DNA from: an uncultured Pelagibacteraceae bacterium
GTDB lineage: Bacteria; Pseudomonadota; Alphaproteobacteria; Pelagibacterales; Pelagibacteraceae
Assembly (NCBI GenBank): GCA_902590625.1
Contig: CACIXL010000003.1
Coordinates: 2,294 to 66,293 of the forward strand
Direction: 5' to 3'
Length of the DNA stretch: 64,000 nt
A program made the translations under genes and the position numbers. Positions 29,953-37,161 of the stretch are shown here, piece by piece. How positions within the stretch are numbered: position 1 is the stretch's first letter; the number at the start of each line of letters is the position of its first letter. The notes below the pieces were generated by a model that worked only from the letters and a program-made list of their open reading frames with translations, was not told the origin of the DNA and made no database searches.

Positions 29953-30723
29953 TTATCTAGATGCTAATCTTGTATTTTGCATTGCTGCTGCCCAGATAAC
30001 TAGACCGAAAGCGATCTTGTTAACAAAGTCAGCTAAATTGTAAATGATGTTTAAAGAATTTGCATCAACACCACCAGTTAGGTAACCGAAAATATACCCT
30101 AAAGGATATATAGCCCAACCGATAGTTACAATTATTCTCATTGCACTGAAAGCAGTAGACATAGCTTTGTTACCAGCTTTTGCTGCTAATGTTCCAGCTT
30201 CACCTGAGAATATTTCAAACAAGATGTAAATCCATCCAGCCATTCCAATTACGAAACCTACAAATGGTTGAATATAACCAGCTTCACCTAAGTATCCACC
30301 GATTAACATTACTAATGAACCAATTAATAGCTTCCAGAATATAGAAGTTGGCACTTTTCTTACAGCTGCCAAGATTAGATAGAATTCGATCATTTGAAGT
30401 GGCACTGTGATTAACCAATCAATATACCTGTATACTGTTGGCGTATCACCTGTAGTCACCCAAACTTCTCTCATGTACATGTAATGAACAAATGCAACAC
30501 CAGTTACAAGTCCAGCTACAGTTAAAGATGTTCTCCATGATGCAGCTACTGTGTTTCTTTCAGCAAAGAAGAATACTGTAGTTGCGATCATACCCATAGA
30601 TACAAGCCAAAATGAAATTCCTACGAAATCATTGACTTCTAACATGGCAGTCGCAGCGTTAGCTGAACTAGTTATACCTAAAAAGGCAACAGCCGCTAAA
30701 GCTATGAGACTTAATTTTTTCAT
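29953..30723 (-). CDS. proteorhodopsin, blue-absorbing type
   Basis: Signal peptide; AFVHYMYMR (H75), RYIDWLITVPLQMIEF (D97, T101, Q105, E108), NLADFVNK (retinal lysine). Confidence 0.98.
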   Translation of the reverse strand: MKKLSLIALAAVAFLGITSSANAATAMLEVNDFVGISFWLVSMGMIATTVFFFAERNTVAASWRTSLTVAGLVTGVAFVHYMYMREVWVTTGDTPTVYRYIDWLITVPLQMIEFYLILAAVRKVPTSIFWKLLIGSLVMLIGGYLGEAGYIQPFVGFVIGMAGWIYILFEIFSGEAGTLAAKAGNKAMSTAFSAMRIIVTIGWAIYPLGYIFGYLTGGVDANSLNIIYNLADFVNKIAFGLVIWAAAMQNTRLASR

Positions 30724-30770
30724 GAAAACCTCCCTCGTTTGTTTAGTTTTCTATTTTTAGTTTATATATA

Positions 30771-30813
30771 AACTGCTCAGACAAACGGTAAATCTCACCG
30801 CCACCGAGCAATT
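30771..30813 (-). ncRNA. candidate structured 5' leader of proteorhodopsin mRNA
   Basis: Outer stem AATTGCTCGG/CTGAGCAGTT and inner stem GCGGTGA-GAT-TTACCGT; GC-rich island in AT-rich DNA. Confidence 0.6.
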
Positions 30814-30819
30814 GGAGGG

Positions 30820-30848
30820 AACATAGTAAAAAACGAAGTTACAGTGAA
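30820..30848 (-). promoter_or_regulatory. putative sigma70 promoter of proteorhodopsin
   Basis: TTCACT-N17-TATGTT; predicted +1 falls at the base of the leader hairpin. Confidence 0.5.
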
Positions 30849-30952
30849 GCGTTTTTTTGATCAAAAAACCGCATTTTTATTGGTTTTTTTATTTTTTTTT
30901 GGGGATATTTGTGGAATAATCACTAAATAATACTGTTTTTGGAGGATGTAAA

Positions 30953-32851
30953 TTGAATCATAAATATAAAGAAATTTATCAAAAATCTATACAAAATAGA
31001 GAGGGGTTTTGGAAAAATATCTCTGAAAACATTTTTTGGTACAAAAAACCAACAAAAATTTTAAATTCGTCTAATCCACCGTTTTATAAATGGTTCGAAG
31101 ATGGTGTAACAAATACTTGTTACAACGCTTTAGACTTGCATATAGATGAAGGTAGAGGTGATAAACTTGCAATAATCTACGATAGCCCAATTACAGGAAC
31201 AAAAAAAAATATAACTTACAGTGAATTGAGAGAAAAGGTTGCTTTGTTTGCGGGTGCCTTAAAAAATCTAGGAATTAATAAAGGTGACAGAGTAATTATC
31301 TATATGCCGATGATACCTGAGGCGGTGGTTGCAATGCTAGCATGTGGAAGAATAGGAGCAGTACACTCTGTTGTCTTCGGTGGCTTTGCAGCAAATGAAC
31401 TTGCAAGTAGAATTGATGATTCTAAAGCAAAACTTTTAGTTACAGCTTCATGTGGTTATGAACCAGGCAGAACTGTTCACTACAAACCATTAGTTAACAA
31501 AGCTTTAGAACTTGCAAATCATAAACCAGATAAATGTATTATTTTCCAAAGAGAAAAAGATAAAGCAGAACTCGACTCTAAAATAGATATTACTTGGGAA
31601 GACGCACATAAAAACGTAAAACCTGCAGAGTGTGAGAAAATGAATGCTAATGATTACGCTTACATTCTTTATACATCTGGAACCACAGGTTTACCAAAAG
31701 GAATCGTAAGAGATATCGGTGGACATATTGTTGCTTTGAAATGGACAATGAAAAATATTTATAATATCAATCAAGACGATGTGTGGTGGTCTGCAAGTGA
31801 TATTGGTTGGATAGTAGGACACTCTTACATAGTATATGCTCCGTTATTTTACGGATGTACCACAGTTCTTTTTGAGGGAAAACCAGTTGGCACTCCTGAT
31901 GCTGGAGTTTTTTGGAGAGTAATATCAGAGCACAAGGTAAAATCTCTTTTCACAGCCCCTACAGCAATTAGAGCAATTAAAAAAGAGGATCCTAATGGTG
32001 AATTTTTTAAAAAATATGATTTAAGTAAGTTCGACAAATTATTTTTAGCAGGTGAGCGAGCAGATCCCGACACAATTAAATGGTTTGAGAAATTATCTAA
32101 CTCACCTGTGATTGATCATTGGTGGCAAACTGAAACTAGTTGGGCAATTACATCTGATTGCACTGGAATTGAGTCTTTCCCTGTTAAATATGGATCTGCA
32201 TTTAAACCAGTGCCTGGTTATGATTTGAAAGTTTTAAATTCTGAAGGTAAAGAAGTTGGTCCAGGAAAAATGGGAGATATAGTGGTTAAACTTCCACTCC
32301 CTCCAGGAACTTTTCCAACACTTTGGGGTGCTGATAAAAGATATAAAGAAAATTATATGTCTACTTATCCTGGGTATTATCAAACTTATGACGCGGGACA
32401 CATTGATGAAGACGGTTACGTATGGATCATGTCTAGAACTGATGACATTATAAATGTTGCTGGTCATAGATTGTCAACTGGAGCAATTGAGGAAGTTTTG
32501 GCTGAGCATAAAGATGTAGCTGAATGTGCTGTCATAGGTATTGCTGACAAATTAAAAGGGCAACTACCCATCGGCTTACTAGCTTTAAAAGCTGGTGTTA
32601 CAAAAGATAAGAAAGATATAATAAGCGAATGTATAAAGATGGTCAGAGAAAAAGTTGGTCCCGTCGCAGCTTTTAAAATAGCTATTGTTGTAAAAAGATT
32701 ACCTAAAACAAGATCAGGAAAAGTTTTAAGAGGAACAGTAAGAAAGATTGCTGATAATGAACCTTATAAAATGCCAGCCACGATAGATGACCCAGCTATC
32801 TTAGATGAAATAAAAGCTGACCTAGTTGACAATAAAATTTTAAAACTTTAA
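30953..32851 (+). CDS. prpE: propionyl-CoA synthetase / acyl-CoA ligase
   Basis: TCYNALD.H, YILYTSGTTGLPKGIVRD, SDIGWIVGHSY, DHWWQTE, LPKTRSGK; GGAGG SD before TTG. Confidence 0.9.
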   Translation: MNHKYKEIYQKSIQNREGFWKNISENIFWYKKPTKILNSSNPPFYKWFEDGVTNTCYNALDLHIDEGRGDKLAIIYDSPITGTKKNITYSELREKVALFAGALKNLGINKGDRVIIYMPMIPEAVVAMLACGRIGAVHSVVFGGFAANELASRIDDSKAKLLVTASCGYEPGRTVHYKPLVNKALELANHKPDKCIIFQREKDKAELDSKIDITWEDAHKNVKPAECEKMNANDYAYILYTSGTTGLPKGIVRDIGGHIVALKWTMKNIYNINQDDVWWSASDIGWIVGHSYIVYAPLFYGCTTVLFEGKPVGTPDAGVFWRVISEHKVKSLFTAPTAIRAIKKEDPNGEFFKKYDLSKFDKLFLAGERADPDTIKWFEKLSNSPVIDHWWQTETSWAITSDCTGIESFPVKYGSAFKPVPGYDLKVLNSEGKEVGPGKMGDIVVKLPLPPGTFPTLWGADKRYKENYMSTYPGYYQTYDAGHIDEDGYVWIMSRTDDIINVAGHRLSTGAIEEVLAEHKDVAECAVIGIADKLKGQLPIGLLALKAGVTKDKKDIISECIKMVREKVGPVAAFKIAIVVKRLPKTRSGKVLRGTVRKIADNEPYKMPATIDDPAILDEIKADLVDNKILKL

Positions 32852-34153
32852 CGGTGTTCCTTTAGACTCCGTAACCACTTTACCATCAGACATTACCAAA
32901 TGACCATTTACGATGGTAGCTACAGGGAAACCTTTTACTTTATGATTGTTAAAAGGTGTCCACCCACATTTACTTGCTATCATCTCATTTTTGATAACAA
33001 CCTCTTTATTCATATCGGCAATTGTTAAATCTGCGTCATAACCCTCTTTAAGATATCCCTTATTTTTAATCCCAAAAATTTTACAAGGATTTTCACACAT
33101 TAGTTTTATCAGTTGTTGAAGTGTTAGTTTTCCATTATTTACATGATCCAGCATAACTGGAAAAATAGTTTGAACTCCTGGCATACCTGAAGGGGAATTT
33201 GGGTATTCTTTATCTTTATTTTCTTTTAAGTGTGGGGCATGGTCGGAACCTAGCACATCGACTATATTATTCTTAATTGCTACCCATAAACGATCATAGT
33301 GTTCTTTAGTTCTTAAAGGAGGATTCATTTGAGCATAAGTTCCAAGTTTGTCGTAACAATCAGGTGCGTACATAGTTAAATGCTGAGGTGTAGTTTCGAA
33401 AGTAACATTTTTTTTGTGCATAGCTAAAAAATCTACTTCGTCTCTCGTCGTAACATGAAGGACGTGAATTTTTTTATTATATCGCTCTGCAATTTTAACT
33501 ACCCTTCGAGTAGAAGACATTGCAACTTCTACATTTCTCCACTCGGCGTGCGAATGAACGTCTCCTTTTTTAATAAATTTTTTTCTAAGTTTAATAATAT
33601 CTTCATCTTCGGAGTGAATAGAAACAATTCTATCACTACTGGAAATTACTTTTTCGATGTCGGCTTCTTTATCTACTAATAAGTTCCCAGTTGATGAACC
33701 CGCAAATAGTTTAACACCACAACATCCTTCAACATCTTTTAGTTTAGCAAGTTGGTTAGTATTGTCAGGCGTTGCTCCAAAATAAAAAGCATAATTACTA
33801 TGCATTCTATTTTTAGCTGCTTGTAACTTTTTATCAAACTCAATCAAATTAGATGTAGGAGGGTTAGTGTTAGGCATTTCAAATAAAGCAGTTACTCCGC
33901 CTAACACCGCAGCTCTACTTCCGCTTTCTAAATCTTCTGCATCAGTTGATCCTGGCTCTCTAAAGTGAACTTGAGTATCAATGATACCTGGCAAAACAAC
34001 TTTATCTGTAGCATCATAAACTTTAGAGCTGTTAAGTTCGATTTTGCCAATCTTTTTAATCTTGTTGCCTGATAAACCAATATCTGTTTTTGTGAGCTTG
34101 CCATCTATGTAGCAAGAACCGTTTTTTATAATGAGACTAAAATTATCAGACAT
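32840..34153 (-). CDS. pyrC: dihydroorotase (amidohydrolase)
   Basis: ID.QVHFREPG, EMPNTNP, MNPPLR, SDHAPH, SKCGW.PF. Confidence 0.85.
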   Translation of the reverse strand: MSDNFSLIIKNGSCYIDGKLTKTDIGLSGNKIKKIGKIELNSSKVYDATDKVVLPGIIDTQVHFREPGSTDAEDLESGSRAAVLGGVTALFEMPNTNPPTSNLIEFDKKLQAAKNRMHSNYAFYFGATPDNTNQLAKLKDVEGCCGVKLFAGSSTGNLLVDKEADIEKVISSSDRIVSIHSEDEDIIKLRKKFIKKGDVHSHAEWRNVEVAMSSTRRVVKIAERYNKKIHVLHVTTRDEVDFLAMHKKNVTFETTPQHLTMYAPDCYDKLGTYAQMNPPLRTKEHYDRLWVAIKNNIVDVLGSDHAPHLKENKDKEYPNSPSGMPGVQTIFPVMLDHVNNGKLTLQQLIKLMCENPCKIFGIKNKGYLKEGYDADLTIADMNKEVVIKNEMIASKCGWTPFNNHKVKGFPVATIVNGHLVMSDGKVVTESKGTPLKF

Positions 34154-34191
34154 GATTTAAAAAATATATTATACAGTATATATTTACAAAT

Positions 34192-35073
34192 ATGGATAAA
34201 GATCAAATTATTTTATTAGAGGACCGTGGATTAATCTTAATTACAGGTAAAGATGTTAAAAATTTTCTGCAAAATATCATTACTAATGATATTGAAAAAG
34301 TAAACTTATCTAACTCAATATTTTCAGCTCTTTTTACGCCTCAAGGCAAATATTTATTTGAATTTTTTTTGATACAATCAAAAAATGGTTATTTATTAGA
34401 TTGTGATAATAAATTTACAAATGAAATTATAAATTACTTATTGAAATATAAATTAAGATCAAAAATTGAATTATCAGATGTTTCTAGTGATTATGTGATT
34501 GGGTTAATTAACTCAGAAAAATTTTTAGATATACAAAAAAATGAAAATAAAACTGGCGATACAATAGAATATAGGGGTAGCCCTCTTTTTCTAGATCCTC
34601 GAAATAACAATTTAGGAGCAAGAATCGTATCATCATTAGAAAAGTTACACCTCACGATTAAAAAATTAAATTTAAAGATAATTAAGCCTGATGCATATTT
34701 TGCAAAAGCCCATACTTTAGGAATTCCAATAAAAGGTATTGAAAATTTAAAAGATCAATTATTTGGTTTAGAAGCAAACTTTGAGGAGCTTAACGCAATT
34801 GACTTTAAAAAGGGATGCTACATCGGTCAAGAAAACACTGCTAGAATGAAATTAAAAGAAAAATTAAGAAGAAGATTATTACCGATTTCTTCTTCCGAAA
34901 AATTAAATTTAGGTGAAGAAATTTTTTATAACAATATCAAAATTGGCAAAATACTCATTGAACAACCTTATCCATTTTGTTTGGTAAAAGTAATAGATCC
35001 AAATATTGAAGAGTTTGAAAATAAAGAACTTTTAGCAAATAACAAAAAGTGTAAAATTTTAAAGAGCGTTTAA
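34192..35073 (+). CDS. ygfZ: folate-binding Fe-S repair protein YgfZ
   Basis: FLQ..ITND, TPQGK, KGCYIGQE signature. Confidence 0.92.
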   Translation: MDKDQIILLEDRGLILITGKDVKNFLQNIITNDIEKVNLSNSIFSALFTPQGKYLFEFFLIQSKNGYLLDCDNKFTNEIINYLLKYKLRSKIELSDVSSDYVIGLINSEKFLDIQKNENKTGDTIEYRGSPLFLDPRNNNLGARIVSSLEKLHLTIKKLNLKIIKPDAYFAKAHTLGIPIKGIENLKDQLFGLEANFEELNAIDFKKGCYIGQENTARMKLKEKLRRRLLPISSSEKLNLGEEIFYNNIKIGKILIEQPYPFCLVKVIDPNIEEFENKELLANNKKCKILKSV

Positions 35074-35178
35074 TAATCTTGAAAGAGAAGCTAAAATCCC
35101 ATAACCACTCAATTCGATAAAAGCTATAACTAAAATTATAAGCACTATTCGTTTATTTTTTTTTAAATATTCGATCAT
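35059..35178 (-). CDS. 39-aa putative single-pass membrane microprotein (below ORF-track cut-off)
   Basis: Hand translation MIEYLKKNKRIVLIILVIAFIELSGYGILASLSRLLNAL*; fills the ygfZ-tRNA gap. Confidence 0.55.
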   Translation of the reverse strand: MIEYLKKNKRIVLIILVIAFIELSGYGILASLSRLLNAL

Positions 35179-35191
35179 AAATAAGCTTTTT

Positions 35192-35275
35192 TGGTGCGGT
35201 CGGAGAGACTCGAACTCTCACGGGAAACCCACACGCCCCTCAAGCGTGCCTGTCTACCAATTTCAGCACGACCGC
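35192..35275 (-). tRNA. tRNA-Leu(GAG)
   Basis: GCGGTCG acceptor stem, anticodon arm CACGC-TTGAGGG-GCGTG, long variable arm, GTTCGA, encoded CCA. Confidence 0.96.
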
Positions 35276-35336
35276 AACAATTATGCGACAATAAATGAAT
35301 GACAATTTAACCTCAAGTTGATAAATTAGAATTAGT

Positions 35337-36326
35337 ATGTCTGTACAACAACGAAATTTAAACGGTTCTAGCGAGATTTATAAAAAAATCTCAAAATTTG
35401 TGCCAGTAAATGAATGGAAAGTTCACGCTCCTTTAATAGAAAAAATTAATAAGTTAAAAAAAGAAAAAAATGCAATTATTCTCGCGCATAATTATCAAAC
35501 TCCAGAAATTTACCACGGAGTAGCCGACATAGCAGCGGACTCTTTAGCGCTTGCAGTTGAAGCCGCAAAGACTTCTGCGGATAAAATTATTATGTGTGGA
35601 GTACACTTCATGGCTGAAACAGCGAAACTAATGAACCCAAACAAAAAAGTTTTTTTACCAGACATGCAAGCAGGTTGTTCACTTGCAAGTTCTATTACAG
35701 GAAAAGATGTGAGATTATTAAAACAAAAATACCCAGGTGTACCTGTTGTATCTTACGTTAATACTTCGGCAGATGTAAAAGCTGAAACAGATGTTTGTTG
35801 CACTTCTGCAAATGCAGTTAAAGTTGTTGAGTCTTTAAATGTAGAGAAAGTAATTTTTCTTCCAGACCAATATTTAGCAGATTACGTTGCTAAAAATACA
35901 AAAGTAAAAATTATTTCTTGGAAAGGTACATGTATTGTTCACGAACAATTTACTAGTAAAGAGATTGAAGATATTAAAAATCAGAACCCAGGTATCAAAG
36001 TCATTGCTCACCCTGAGTGTCCACCAGATGTAATTGAAGCATCTGACTTTGCAGGATCTACGTCAGGTATGATTAAATATGTAAAAGATAATCAACCTAA
36101 AAAAGTAATGCTAGTAACTGAATGCTCAATGAGTGATAACGTCGAAGCTGATAATCCAAATGTATCTTTCATCAAACCGTGCAATCTTTGTCCTTACATG
36201 AAAAAAATTGATTTAGAAAAAATTTTAGATTGTTTGGAAAATGATACGAATGAAATTATTTTAGATAATAAAACTATAGAAGCTGCTAGAAAATCTGTAA
36301 TTAGAATGACCGAAATTGGTCGTTAG
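35337..36326 (+). CDS. nadA: quinolinate synthase A
   Basis: LAHNYQ.PEI, CGVHFMAE, AGCSLA, YVNTSA, C.VHE.F, AHPEC, CPYM. Confidence 0.97.
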   Translation: MSVQQRNLNGSSEIYKKISKFVPVNEWKVHAPLIEKINKLKKEKNAIILAHNYQTPEIYHGVADIAADSLALAVEAAKTSADKIIMCGVHFMAETAKLMNPNKKVFLPDMQAGCSLASSITGKDVRLLKQKYPGVPVVSYVNTSADVKAETDVCCTSANAVKVVESLNVEKVIFLPDQYLADYVAKNTKVKIISWKGTCIVHEQFTSKEIEDIKNQNPGIKVIAHPECPPDVIEASDFAGSTSGMIKYVKDNQPKKVMLVTECSMSDNVEADNPNVSFIKPCNLCPYMKKIDLEKILDCLENDTNEIILDNKTIEAARKSVIRMTEIGR

Positions 36327-36330
36327 ATCA

Positions 36331-37161
36331 GTGCAAAAATTAAATCAATCTTATATTAAATTTGTCGTAAAAAAAGCTCTAGAAGAAGACCTTAGGCCTA
36401 GAGGTGATATAACTACTAAACTCATAAATTCAAAAAATAAAATAATAAAAGCTAAGATCGTAGCTAAACAAGATGGAATAATTGCTGGATTAGAGTTCTG
36501 CAAAGCAACCTTTAAATTGATTGGAAGAGAAACAGTCTTTATCAAAAAAATCTCTGATGGCAAAAAAATTAAAAAAAATAAAATGATTGCTGAAATAAGA
36601 GCTAAAATTAAAACAATCTTAATTGCCGAGAGAACTGCGCTAAACTTTCTTAATCACGCTTCGGGTATCGCAACGTTAACTGATCAATTTGTAAAAAAAA
36701 CTAGTAAAGAAACTAAAATATGCTGTACCAGAAAAACTACACCTAATTTGAGAGCTCTTGAAAAGTATGCTGTTAAAAAAGGTGGAGGATATAATCATAG
36801 ATATAATTTAAGTGATGAAATCCTGATTAAAGATAATCATATTAGTGCATCTAATGGCCTTAAAGAGTTGGTTAAGAGAGCTGTAAAAACAAAAAAAATA
36901 GTTACAGTAGAAATTGAAAATATTAATCAACTTAAACAAATTATAGGTCTAAAATTTAAAAGAATACTTTTTGATAATATGAAAACTTCACAAATTAAAA
37001 AGTGCTTAAAACTTTGTAAAAATAGGTATCAAACGGAGTATTCAGGAAATGCATCGCTAAAAAATATCAAACAAATATCAAAAATAGGAATAAATAGAAT
37101 ATCTGTTGGAGCAATTACGCATAGTGCAAAATCTTTTGATACAACTTTATTATTTAGATAA
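36331..37161 (+). CDS. nadC: quinolinate phosphoribosyltransferase
   Basis: ALEED...GD.T, ERTALN, TRKT.P..R.LEKYAV, HR..LSD..LIKDNH; GTG at 36331 preferred. Confidence 0.95.
   Translation: MQKLNQSYIKFVVKKALEEDLRPRGDITTKLINSKNKIIKAKIVAKQDGIIAGLEFCKATFKLIGRETVFIKKISDGKKIKKNKMIAEIRAKIKTILIAERTALNFLNHASGIATLTDQFVKKTSKETKICCTRKTTPNLRALEKYAVKKGGGYNHRYNLSDEILIKDNHISASNGLKELVKRAVKTKKIVTVEIENINQLKQIIGLKFKRILFDNMKTSQIKKCLKLCKNRYQTEYSGNASLKNIKQISKIGINRISVGAITHSAKSFDTTLLFR

Noticed and set aside
30910-30918. DnaA-box-like TGTGGAATA upstream of prpE
   Set aside because: Mismatch to consensus and no supporting context
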